Origin: an uncultured Phycisphaerales bacterium
Lineage (GTDB): Bacteria; Planctomycetota; Phycisphaerae; Tepidisphaerales; Tepidisphaeraceae
DNA length: 64,000 nucleotides
Direction: 5' to 3'
NCBI GenBank assembly: GCA_963755915.1
Contig: CAVWLP010000003.1
Coordinates: 224,001 to 288,000, forward strand
Positions 18,728-28,251 of this stretch are shown here, piece after piece; the stretch's first letter is position 1; every line of letters begins with the position of its first letter. Below the pieces are notes generated by a model that saw only the letters and a program-made list of their open reading frames with translations, did not search any database and was not told where the DNA came from. The position numbers were made by a program, and so were the translations under genes.

Positions 18728-20821
18728 GTGGCAACAGACAACCCAGCACCTTCGTCGGCATCGGGGTCCGGACAAGGCACGATGAAACCAACGCTCGGTT
18801 TGACCGGGCTGACAGCCAATGCCGCGGCGTTGATCGCGCCGGGCGCATTTTTGTGGCTGACGTTTGCGGAACAGTCGGCCTATGGATCTCCATCCGCCGC
18901 TGCTTCCATGTGGTTTGGCATGTTCGCATGCCTGATGCTCTGTTTGGCCACCGCGATCTCCTATGGTCAGCTTGCCAAGCTCTACCCCGGCGCCGGTTCT
19001 TCATACTTCTTCGCCGAACAAGCGTTTCTGTCCAAAAAGCAAGTCTATCGATGGGCACGAATTAACAAATTCATCGTCGGCTGGGCCAGTCACCTCTACT
19101 ATTGGGTATACCCCGGCGTGATGGTTGGCGTCACGGCCATATTCATAGCCTACATGGCCGGCGTTTTCTGGCCCAATACGTTCAACAGTACAATTGGCAG
19201 TCCCCCTTTGATGCTCATGGTCTGCGTTGTCTTCGCTCTTGGAGTTTCCTATATCGCCTATAGAGGCATCGTCGGTTCTACCGTTGTGGCGGTGAGCATC
19301 AATGTTATCCAGATCGTGGCCCTGGTCATTTTCTCATGCCTGGCCATTGATCACCGCTTGAAAGTTCATGAAGGAGATTTGGATTACAACCTGGTCAATG
19401 GCGTCGCTTCGCCTTACGTCCAGGACAGCTATACAGCCGCCGGCGCGTCTTCCTCGACCAGTAAAGTCGACGCCAATGGCAACCCGGTCTTCTGCTACTA
19501 CGTTGCCAATGCCGACGGCAGCGTCGTCCAGCCCAACGTCAACGGCCAAAACATCAAGGTCGATCCCAAAGGCCAGAGCTACACCGTCGACAACACTGAC
19601 AATCCCGTTCAGGTCACCACCGACAACAACGGTGTGCCAGAAGATTCTCACTGGCAGCTTGACGCCAAGAGCGGAAACCTTGTCGTAACCGGTGGCGCCA
19701 CCACTCAGCCCGCCGCGTATAAAGTCGGCACCGTCGCCGTGCCCCAGTGGAACACCACCACCTATCAGGGCGGTATGTTGCAGGATCCCAAGTCCGGAAC
19801 GTGGACATTTCTTTATCACGAATCCGCCAAATCCGTCGTCGCCCCGCATAAATTCAGCTTTTTGATCATCCAGATGGGCATGGCGATTCTGTGCTTCTGT
19901 GGTTTCGAGTCCTGCTCCGCCCTCGGCGCCGAGGCCAAGAACCCCAAGAAGCATATTCCCATTGCCATTGTCCTTGCGCTGCTCATCCAGGGCGGTTTCT
20001 GTTATCTCTTCGAATACTTTGCCGCCAATTACTTCCAAAGCTCCTCTTACACCAGCTCGACGGCATCCGGCTCTTCGGCGCCCATTGGCGACATGATGCA
20101 GATCGTCGGCGCCTGGGCATTCGGCTCTCCCACCGCCGGATATTATTTTGTCGTTGTCGAAGCCGTAACCGTCTTCCTCGCACTCGTCGGCACTACGCTC
20201 TCGTGCATCAACACGGGCGCTCGCGTGACCTATGCCATGGGTCGCGATGAGGAAGTCCCCTCTCACTTCGGCCTGATTCACGGTAAGAATGACACCCCCC
20301 ACCGGTGCATCTGGACCTTGGCGTTCATTTCCCTTATTGTCGGTTTCCTGGTCGTACTCTTCTACCTCTGCGGCCCCTCTGCAACTTTCCCCGACAGCAC
20401 CTTGACCGATGCCCAGAAGGCCAGCTTCTGGTACAAGCTGGCATTCACAACCTCCGAAGAGGCCGCTAAATTCCCCAACGCGTTCATCTTCTTGTCGCTC
20501 GTGAGCAACTTCGGCATGTTCATGCTCTATATGTTGACTTGCATTTGCACGATGGTGGCTTGGCACGAGCGCGAAGGTCGCAATATCCTCATGCACGTTC
20601 TGATCCCGCTGTTTGGAGCTATAGCCAACTTTTTAGGCATGTTGTTCTATTTGCTTGGTCCGCTCCCGGCTTTTGGGATCAGCGGAATGCGTTGGCAAGA
20701 ACCGTATATTGCGCTCGGCATCGCTGCGGTATGGGGGATCTATGGAACGATCTACTTCTCAATGCGCAGCAAGAAAATGGGCAAAGAGGTGTTCATCACC
20801 AAGCCCACAATTACGGCGTAA
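18728..20821 (+). CDS. APC-superfamily amino acid/amine permease with a large extracytoplasmic insertion
   Basis: IAPGAF, PGAGSSY, GFESCSALGAEAKNPKK, ARVTYAMGRD, TPH motifs; ~12 TM helices; hydrophilic T/N/G/V-rich insert at about aa 210-370. Confidence 0.88.
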   Translation: MATDNPAPSSASGSGQGTMKPTLGLTGLTANAAALIAPGAFLWLTFAEQSAYGSPSAAASMWFGMFACLMLCLATAISYGQLAKLYPGAGSSYFFAEQAFLSKKQVYRWARINKFIVGWASHLYYWVYPGVMVGVTAIFIAYMAGVFWPNTFNSTIGSPPLMLMVCVVFALGVSYIAYRGIVGSTVVAVSINVIQIVALVIFSCLAIDHRLKVHEGDLDYNLVNGVASPYVQDSYTAAGASSSTSKVDANGNPVFCYYVANADGSVVQPNVNGQNIKVDPKGQSYTVDNTDNPVQVTTDNNGVPEDSHWQLDAKSGNLVVTGGATTQPAAYKVGTVAVPQWNTTTYQGGMLQDPKSGTWTFLYHESAKSVVAPHKFSFLIIQMGMAILCFCGFESCSALGAEAKNPKKHIPIAIVLALLIQGGFCYLFEYFAANYFQSSSYTSSTASGSSAPIGDMMQIVGAWAFGSPTAGYYFVVVEAVTVFLALVGTTLSCINTGARVTYAMGRDEEVPSHFGLIHGKNDTPHRCIWTLAFISLIVGFLVVLFYLCGPSATFPDSTLTDAQKASFWYKLAFTTSEEAAKFPNAFIFLSLVSNFGMFMLYMLTCICTMVAWHEREGRNILMHVLIPLFGAIANFLGMLFYLLGPLPAFGISGMRWQEPYIALGIAAVWGIYGTIYFSMRSKKMGKEVFITKPTITA

Positions 20822-20844
20822 AATCACCCCTGGACAACCCAGAA

Positions 20845-20880
20845 GCGACGGCCACCCTCTCGGGTGGCCGTCGTGTTTTC
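20845..20880 (+). terminator. Rho-independent terminator between the APC gene and amtB
   Basis: gcgacggccaccc/gggtggccgtcgt stem followed by gttttc. Confidence 0.7.
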
Positions 20881-20933
20881 TGGGATGCCTATTCTTGTCC
20901 CCATGCCGCGCCGTCTGTAACTTGACGCCACTT

Positions 20934-22385
20934 ATGACCGACATCAATTCGCAACTGGCCGATCACGCCCGCGCCATCAACTTCATCTGGACGCTGGTTG
21001 CCGGTTTTTTAGTCATGTTCATGCAGGCCGGCTTCGCCCTGATCGAAACCGGCATGTGCCGCGCCAAAAACGCCGCGCACACCATGAGCATGAACCTCCT
21101 CGTCTACTGCCTCTCCATGATGGGATTCTTCGTCTGCGGCTTCGCCCTGATGATGGGCGGCGTTAACGGTTCTCCCGCCGGTTCCGGTGCACCACTGATC
21201 GGCGGCCCCAAATCCCTCGGCCTCTACGGCGGAAGCACCCTCAGCCACATGATCTACCTCCCCATCGCCGGCAAAAGCTGGGGACTCATCGGCGCCAGCG
21301 GCTTTTTCCTCAGCGGCCACTCCATCACTCCCGCCTCCCTCGTCCTCTTCTTCTACATGATGGTTTTCATGGACACCACCGCCACCATCCCCACCGGCGC
21401 ACTGGCCGAACGCTGGAGCTTCAAGAGCTTCACCATCTTCAGCGTCTGCGTCGGCGCCTTCATCTACAGCTTCTACGGCTGCTGGATGTGGGGCGGTGGC
21501 TGGCTTGCCGAACTGGGGGTCAACGCCGGCCTCGGTCACGGCGCCGTCGATTACGCGGGTTCTTCCGTCGTCCATCTCCAGGGCGGATCACTCGCTTTCA
21601 TCATGACCTACATGATCGGCGCTCGCATCGGAAAATATGATGAGATGGGAAACCCCCGCCCGATCTTCGGCCATCACATGCCAATGGTCATGTTCGGAAC
21701 CCTTCTTCTGGCCTTCGGATGGTTTGGATTCAACTCCGGCTCCGGCCTCTCGGGCATCAGCGACCGCATCGGTCTCATTGCCGTCAACACCATGCTCTCC
21801 TCCGGCTCCGCCACCGTCGCCGCCTGTTTCGCCATGTGGCGAATCTACGGCAAGCCCGACCCTTCCATGATGTGCAACGGAATGCTCGGCGGGCTCGTCG
21901 CCATCACTGCGTCGTGCGCCTTCGTCTCCCCCTTCGCCGCATTCTTCATAGGAATCATCGCCGGTCTTATCGTCGTCTGGAGCGTCCTGTTCCTCGAACG
22001 CAAAGGCATCGACGACCCCGTCGGCGCCATCAGCGTTCATGGCATCGCAGGAATCTGGGGAATCCTTTCCGTCGGAATCTTCGCCAACGGCACCTACGGC
22101 GACGGCGTTAACAACGTCTCCGGAAACGTCGTCGGAATCCTTTACGGCGATCATTCCCCCAAACAGCTCCTCGCCCAAACCATCGCCGCCGTCACCTGCG
22201 TCGCCTGGAACATCATCGTCGGCGGCCTGGTCTTCCGCGCCATCGGCAAATGGATCGGCTCCAACCGCGTGCGCCCGGAAGTTGAAGTCGCCGGTCTCGA
22301 TATCCCCGAAATGGGCGCCCCCGGCTACACGGAATTCATCACCCACATCTCCCAGGAACAAATCGGCGCCTCGGAAATTCCCTGA
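20934..22385 (+). CDS. amtB: Ammonium transporter (Amt family)
   Basis: FMQAGFALIETG..RAKN, GALAER, DYAGSSVVH, GWFGFNSGS, NGMLGGLVAITASC, DDPVGAISVHG, GLDIPEMG. Confidence 0.95.
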   Translation: MTDINSQLADHARAINFIWTLVAGFLVMFMQAGFALIETGMCRAKNAAHTMSMNLLVYCLSMMGFFVCGFALMMGGVNGSPAGSGAPLIGGPKSLGLYGGSTLSHMIYLPIAGKSWGLIGASGFFLSGHSITPASLVLFFYMMVFMDTTATIPTGALAERWSFKSFTIFSVCVGAFIYSFYGCWMWGGGWLAELGVNAGLGHGAVDYAGSSVVHLQGGSLAFIMTYMIGARIGKYDEMGNPRPIFGHHMPMVMFGTLLLAFGWFGFNSGSGLSGISDRIGLIAVNTMLSSGSATVAACFAMWRIYGKPDPSMMCNGMLGGLVAITASCAFVSPFAAFFIGIIAGLIVVWSVLFLERKGIDDPVGAISVHGIAGIWGILSVGIFANGTYGDGVNNVSGNVVGILYGDHSPKQLLAQTIAAVTCVAWNIIVGGLVFRAIGKWIGSNRVRPEVEVAGLDIPEMGAPGYTEFITHISQEQIGASEIP

Positions 22386-22387
22386 GG

Positions 22388-22415
22388 TTGACCGATCCGC
22401 CCCACCGTCTAAAAT
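22388..22415 (+). promoter_or_regulatory. Sigma70 promoter of the tRNA
   Basis: TTGACC-N16-TAAAAT ending 16 bp before the tRNA. Confidence 0.6.
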
Positions 22416-22431
22416 CCCGTAGACGAAAATC

Positions 22432-22504
22432 GGCAGCGTAGCTCAGTTGGTAGAGCGCGGGATTCATAAGCCCAAGGTCCCCGGTTCGAGTCCGGGCGCT
22501 GCTA
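22432..22504 (+). tRNA. tRNA with CAT anticodon, most likely elongator tRNA-Met
   Basis: Cloverleaf: acceptor ggcagcg/cgctgct, D arm gctc-agttggta-gagc, anticodon loop ttCATaa, T arm ccgg-ttcgagt-ccgg; CCA not encoded. Confidence 0.9.
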
Positions 22505-22897
22505 TTGAGAATTTCGCGGAAATTCGGCAGTTTCGCCTCACCGCGTGTTATGCCTGATGTGCCTTCGACACAGGTTTCGACACAGGAGGTGGCCGATGTC
22601 CGCCACGCCAACCTTTCCCAGATTGCCATATTCAGGATTCCCCCTGCGGCCTCATCGAAATGGTCAAGCGGTGTGCTCATCATAGCAGCATCTGCCACGT
22701 GTGGCAGAAGTTGGCAAAACGCTGACGCGACTAAGGTGGCGGTCGCAATCCGAAAGCCACCGTTAAATCTCTTTCACGAAAGGAGGCTCCAATGAGAGCT
22801 TCAAGCAGTATCGTTTCCGGTTCTTTCTGCGGTGCGGATATCGAACCCGGAACTTTTCATTTTTTTGCGACTTCGGGCCCTTGCCTAGCATCTGGTC

Positions 22898-23389
22898 TCA
22901 ATGCAGACCGGACGGTGCGGCTCGATGGACGAGATGACGGTTCCGACGGGCGTGCCGTTCCACGAGGTTGCGATAAATGCAGTTTTCCATGACCGGCGAA
23001 ATCTGGTTTGGAGAATCAATGACGATGAATTCAAACGGACGGGTTAAAGAGAAAAGCAGTCGGGAAAGAATTGTCTGATAGCCTTCCACCTCGGTGATTT
23101 GCCGCCCCAAATCCTCCAGACCCTGGCTGGATGGGATGAATGACAAGTTTTCAAACTTGGTCGTCTGAATCACCGAATCGAGCGTCGCCCTGCCTTCCAT
23201 CGCAGCCACAAGCGTTCCCTCGGAAGATAGGCCATCGCCGGCGCCGAGCCACTGCGTTACCTGGGCCTGGGGATCCATGTCGATGAGAAGCGTGGGCAGG
23301 CCGCGAATCGCTAGCCCCGACGCGAGGCTCATGGCGATCGTACTCTTGCCGCAGCCCCCCTTTGCGTTGATGACGGTGATGATATTCAT
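22898..23389 (-). pseudogene. parA: Truncated ParA/Soj-family ATPase
   Basis: INAKGGCGKST deviant Walker A, LIDMDPQA, FIVIDSP; family resemblance stops after ~aa 140. Confidence 0.75.
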
Positions 23390-24480
23390 GATGACAGTGA
23401 ATCGTCTAGGCGGCGCTCGATGTCCCGTACAGCGGCTTGAAGGTTTGTACGAAGTGGATTGTCGTCTTCTCGGCTTTGGGGGACGGCATTTCGAATCTCA
23501 GGCCGTGCCCAATCCTCCTCAATCGCCCGGCGAAGCATTCCCAGACGATTCTTCCTCACCTTCCGCCGATCAATCCAGTCAATTTGACGCGCGATGCAAT
23601 GAAATGGAAACTGGCTGGCCATCAGCTCTGCTGCCGCGTCGTCGAAACCAGCGTCTTTGAGCTTTTCAAAGGAAGCAGCAGCTTCGGGTGATAGCTCCTG
23701 TTGTTTAAGAGTGTTATTTAATTCTGTTATTTCAAGATCGGTACGATTTTCTAACTGTTCCCCCGGTACGTTTTTCAAACCGTTCCCGGTACGATTTTCT
23801 AACCGTTTTTCGGGTTCATTTTCTTCCGGTACGGTTTTCCAACTGTGCGTGAAATCCGCCTTGCCGTAGAGCCATTTAATCGCATAGACCGCCGCCGTGC
23901 TTGTGATGCCAGCATTGCGATCAAACTTGCCCGGCTCCACGATCCGGATGTAATTGGAATCCAGGGCACGGTGGATGGCGGCGCTAATGGTGTTTCGATT
24001 GCCGATGCGGGAATAGTTCTGAATATGCTGGTAGGAAAGCGCTACCTTTTGCAGGCGATGCCCCCATTTGTTCTGAAAGCCGATCGAAAAACGAATGATC
24101 GATCCCACCACCTTGACCACAGCCAGGTTTTCGTTCGGAACGACGACATCGAAGAATTGGTTGGGGATATACGTCCGATTGCCCTCGCCGGCGAAGAAGC
24201 CACGGAATTTCCTGGGGTCTTTGATGTATTGCGGGCGCTGGTCCCACTTCAATTCGTACATCCCTGATACCGTTTCCTGACCACGCCGCTGTTGTCGTGG
24301 CTCCCGAACACATTCAACAAAATGGCCTTTTATGGCCTCCTCCAGCGCCGGACGGATCATGTTCCGGCTGATGCCAGCGTCCTCAAAATCGTCGTAGGTG
24401 GCCAAGTGGCGCACCACCTGAGGATTCCCCGCGTCGTCGTAGACATAAGCAGCATCGGTTGTCCCGTTGACGGCATATCC
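23386..24480 (-). CDS. Replication-initiator-like (winged-helix) protein, apparently 5'-truncated
   Basis: TYIPNQFFD...VVKVVG.IIR...SY..I.....I HTH-like segment; C-terminal KNRLGMLRRAIEEDW; internal iteron-like repeats; coupled to ParA. Confidence 0.55.
   Translation of the reverse strand, partial: GYAVNGTTDAAYVYDDAGNPQVVRHLATYDDFEDAGISRNMIRPALEEAIKGHFVECVREPRQQRRGQETVSGMYELKWDQRPQYIKDPRKFRGFFAGEGNRTYIPNQFFDVVVPNENLAVVKVVGSIIRFSIGFQNKWGHRLQKVALSYQHIQNYSRIGNRNTISAAIHRALDSNYIRIVEPGKFDRNAGITSTAAVYAIKWLYGKADFTHSWKTVPEENEPEKRLENRTGNGLKNVPGEQLENRTDLEITELNNTLKQQELSPEAAASFEKLKDAGFDDAAAELMASQFPFHCIARQIDWIDRRKVRKNRLGMLRRAIEEDWARPEIRNAVPQSREDDNPLRTNLQAAVRDIERRLDDSLSS
23739..23843. repeat. Four 17-bp iteron-like direct repeats
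   Basis: cggtacgattttctaac (23739, 23787), cggtacgtttttcaaac (23764), cggtacggttttccaac (23827); AT-rich tract at 23700-23735. Confidence 0.8.
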
Positions 24481-24620
24481 GTGGTGCTGTCGGCGAGAGT
24501 ATTGACCATCAGCGACAACAGAATCCGTTGTTCCAAGGCTTCAATTACGGCTTTTGCAATCGCTGATCGCCGATGCTGAATCCTTCGCCTTCGAAAGAGC
24601 CTGCCAGTGATCGACTTCAA
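24480..24620 (-). pseudogene. N-terminal fragment of a planctomycete LEPRxLL-motif extracellular protein
   Basis: MKSITGRLFRRRR...IEALEQRILLSLMVNTLADS; the large mature domain is missing. Confidence 0.6.
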
Positions 24621-25087
24621 TCGCCCCAGACCGAGAGAGCGCCAGCCATAAACTGCCTCCTTCCCCGATTTTTCCCTTTTTACAACGCCGCAAAGGGTAT
24701 ACCTAGCCCCAGATCCGCCCGTACAAAACTGATATGAACAACAGACTGCGGCGGTAGAATAACGTGTGATTCTTACGTTTGCAACGCTATTATCTGTGGT
24801 AAAAAATTTGTCGCAACAGTAAGATACTACGTTTGAGCACAGAAAATATCCGCAATGTCACCACGAGATTGAATGTTGCGCTAACCGACCGAAACGGAGC
24901 ACCATAATATGTTTGAACGTGGTCTTATTTGAGGGGGAGGGAAGACGACCATTGTCGCATTGACCTTCCCCACGTTCGGTGGGCGCTGCTATTCAAAATT
25001 TGGCGCGAATTCGGCTTTCTGCGCCTCGCTGCGTGTATATTCTCGCCGACGCGATCTGGCGGCCCGTGGAAAATGTGATCGGCGCCC

Positions 25088-27105
25088 CTACTTCTTGCTG
25101 GCGTATTCACCGCCCAGCGCCTCAAACAGTGTTTCCAGATGTTTCTCGTAATGCTTCCAGCGCCCGACTGATTTCTGATAGATCGGTTTGCGCACCTGCC
25201 GGATGCTGGCGGTAAGCACCGCCGTCTCGGCGCGGTAAAACTCAAGGCAAGCCGGTTCCCATGGCAAACCCAGGAACTCAATGAGCCGCCGGCTTTGACC
25301 CTCCAGGTCGTTCACAAGGGTTTCGTAATGCATCTCCATCATCGCGACGGGCCCCACGCTCAGCCAATACGCTGCCAGGCGGTCCGTCTCGACATGCCGG
25401 CGGCCGCTATCGCGCAGGTCCAGTGAAAAAGATAGCCCTTGCGCGAACCGCTGGAAAAAGCAAGAGAGACAGGTGTCGCGCGCATCGCGCCGGCAGAAGA
25501 TCACTCGCGCACGCGGAAACAGCGTCGCGATCTGCCCGACCCGGATCACGTTGCCGGGCATCTTGTCGACAATCCGCGCCGCCTTGGGGCCGAGCGCCTG
25601 AAGGCGCTTCAGATAAATCTGCGCGACCTTCTTCACTTTCGACGCATCCCAGTGCGCCGTTGACAGTTTCTCGCTGTCCCCCCGAATTCGGTTTCGATCT
25701 GCCGTAACAGGTTTAATTCCCCCGCTCCGTGAACTTGCGAATGACTCGCGGCAATCTGATGCACCAACGTCGTTCCTGAACGCGGCATCCCTACGATAAA
25801 TACCGGGACGTCGGACGGATCGCCCCATTCCCGGCGGTGCGAAATAACTCGGCGTGAATGTGCTGATGATCCGATCGACCGATTCACGAAATCGCGCATG
25901 ATCGTACGATTCCCCCGCCAACTCCCGCTGCCGTTTCACCAGGACATTCGCCTCGGCCATGTGCGCGAATGCCTCATCATATCTGCCGGCTTCGTCCAGA
26001 ATTCTCGCCAACCCCGACTCGACGTAAATTCGCTCTTCCGCGGTAAGGTTCGGGCGGGTGCCCATTTCCGTGAGACGGGCGAGTTCCGCCTCGTCGCTCT
26101 CGTTTTCCGGCACCCCCCGGCGGAGCGAGAAAGCAACGCGACCCGACCCTGGATTTCCTGCTGCTTCTTGTTGCACTGATCTGCCTCTTCGAGTCTTCCC
26201 ATCGACTCCAGCGCACGCCAGGGATCCCCAGGCGGTTGGGCTATTGGGATCTGCCTGGACCGCGCCGAAAGCTGAGTTCCGCCTGCCGGGGATCCTGCTG
26301 ATGATATTGGATTAGTCCCAGCGCCTCGTGCGTGAGGGGCGAATCGGGCGCCAGCGCCGCGGCATCGCGCCAGCTCTGTATGGCCGCATCAAATAGCTGA
26401 AGTTGAGCCAGGGCGGCCGCCAGGCGAACGTGCGCCAAAAGCATTTTCTGATCGGCCTGGAGCGCCATTCGATACCACTTGGCGGCGTCCTGGAAGCTCG
26501 AAATCGTTTGATGACATTCACCGAGATTGAAGCAAACGACGGCAAACTCGCCGGCTACACTATTGGGGAGGTGATCAGTTCTAACCTGCGTAACACTGAT
26601 CCCGCCGGCAACGATCGCGCGACGGTAAGCGGCGATCGCGTCGTCGATTCTGCCTTGTGCTCGCAGGGCATTTCCCAGGTTATTGAAGCTCGCGACTGAA
26701 CGTGGGTTAACCTCAACGGCCCGATTGTTGATCTTGATCGCTTCCTCGTATTCCCCGGCATCGCAGAGACATTTTCCCAGGTTCAGCAGAGACTCGAAAA
26801 GCCTGGGGTTTAGCGAGATGGATTTGCGCCAGGCCTGGATGGCATCGGCTTCCTTGCCCACGGCCTGGAGAGCGCGGCCGAGGGTGTTGTATAAATCCGC
26901 GATGTCAGGTCTCAGGGCAATGGCTTTTTGGATATAGGGCAGCGCAAGGGGAGGCGCTGGCCTGCTGAAGGTAGGCGATGGCGAGAAGGTTGAGGGCGTC
27001 GGCGTTGGTTGGGTCAGATTCGAGGAGCTTGAGGTAAATGGGGATGGCGTCGGCAGGCTTGCCGGATTGGTGGAGGGCGAAGGCTTGCTGAAGCAAATGT
27101 CGCAT
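25088..27105 (-). CDS. TPR-containing sulfotransferase family protein, multiply frameshifted
   Basis: MRHLLQQAFALHQSG TPR start, PVFIVGMPRSGTTL (PAPS loop), VDKMPGN, RDARDTCLSCF, TASIRQVRKPIY..SVGRWKHY. Confidence 0.85.
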
Positions 27106-27197
27106 AGAGTGGATTTTAGGGCATTCAAAAAGTTCGAATAGGACTGAGCCCTTTTAGGATTTTTGAGCATTATTCATTCGGCAATGGCGACCGAAAT

Positions 27198-27206
27198 TGA
27201 TATAAT
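27198..27206 (+). promoter_or_regulatory. Extended -10 promoter element of araFGH
   Basis: TG-A-TATAAT about 20 bp upstream of the ATG, followed by a GGAG RBS. Confidence 0.5.
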
Positions 27207-27225
27207 ACCAGACCTTGGAGATTAA

Positions 27226-28251
27226 ATGGTAATTAGAGAATTAGTAAAATTTAGATATATCTCCGTGTTGGTAGGGATGGTTCTCCTTGTCAGTTGCAGC
27301 AAGCAGAACAGCTCTCAAACCAGTTCTGCGGGCGGTGAGGAGAAGATCAAGATCGGGTTTATCGTCAAGCAGCCCGAGGAGCCGTGGTTTCAGCTTGAAT
27401 GGAGATTTGCGCAGGACGCAGCGGATAAGGATGGATTTGAGCTCGTTAAGATCGCGGCTCCCGATGGCGAAAAAGCGCTGGGCGCCATCGACAATCTCGC
27501 AGCCAGCGGCGCACAGGGGTTCGTGATCTGCACGCCCGACGTCAAGCTCGGCCCGGCGATTGTCGCGAAAGCTCAGAGCGACGACCTGAAAGTAATCGCG
27601 GTAGACGACCAGTTTATTGGCGGAGACGGAAAACCAATGACCGATGTGCCGTACCTGGGCATCGCGGCGCCAAAGATTGGCGAATCGGTGGGTCAGGCAC
27701 TGATGGACGAATTCAAAAAGCATAACTGGTCCCAAGATGACACCGCTGTCTGCGTCATCACGTTTGACGAGTTAGACACGGCCCGTGAACGCACCGAAGG
27801 GGCAATTGAAGCGATCGAAGCCGCGGGGTTTCCTGACAGCCGGATATTCAAAGCCCCGCAAAAAACCAGCGATGTGCCTGGCGATTTTGACGCGGCTAAC
27901 ATCCTGCTGACGCAGCATCCCGAGACCAAGCGATGGCTGATCTGCGGGATGAATGACAGCGCGGTGCTGGGCGCGGTGCGAGCCACCGAGGGCCGCGGGT
28001 TCAACGCCGACAACGTCATAGGCATCGGCATCGACGGCACAGACTGTATCGCTGAATTCGAAAAGCCCGCAAGGACCGGCTTCTACGCGTCGGCATTGCT
28101 TCAGGCCAAACTGCACGGCTATCAGACCGCCGACATGATGTTTAACTGGATCAAGAACGGCACCGAGCCGCCCAAGGACACGCGAACGATCGGCGTTCTG
28201 ATCGATCGCGACAATTTCCAGCAGGTGCTCAAAGACCAGGGAATTCGGTGA
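27226..28251 (+). CDS. araF: L-arabinose ABC transporter substrate-binding lipoprotein
   Basis: KIGFIVKQPEEPWFQLEWRFA, PDGEKALGAIDNLAASGAQGFVICTPDVKLGPAI, GMNDSAVLGAVRATEGRGF; lipobox LVSC. Confidence 0.93.
   Translation: MVIRELVKFRYISVLVGMVLLVSCSKQNSSQTSSAGGEEKIKIGFIVKQPEEPWFQLEWRFAQDAADKDGFELVKIAAPDGEKALGAIDNLAASGAQGFVICTPDVKLGPAIVAKAQSDDLKVIAVDDQFIGGDGKPMTDVPYLGIAAPKIGESVGQALMDEFKKHNWSQDDTAVCVITFDELDTARERTEGAIEAIEAAGFPDSRIFKAPQKTSDVPGDFDAANILLTQHPETKRWLICGMNDSAVLGAVRATEGRGFNADNVIGIGIDGTDCIAEFEKPARTGFYASALLQAKLHGYQTADMMFNWIKNGTEPPKDTRTIGVLIDRDNFQQVLKDQGIR

Noticed and set aside
19334-20596. 420-aa minus-strand ORF
   Set aside because: Antisense shadow of the APC permease
22432-22504. tRNA as Ile2 (TilS substrate) linked to tilS in this window
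   Set aside because: The acceptor stem and overall sequence look more like elongator Met; tilS is 20 kb away; a tRNAscan-SE isotype model would be needed
22505-22897. Integrase gene adjacent to the tRNA
   Set aside because: The short ORFs here show no tyrosine (R-H-R-Y) or serine recombinase motifs
24620-25087. AT-richer intergenic stretch with loose ta[c/t]gtttg repeats
   Set aside because: Repeats are short and irregularly spaced; no convincing structure or ORF
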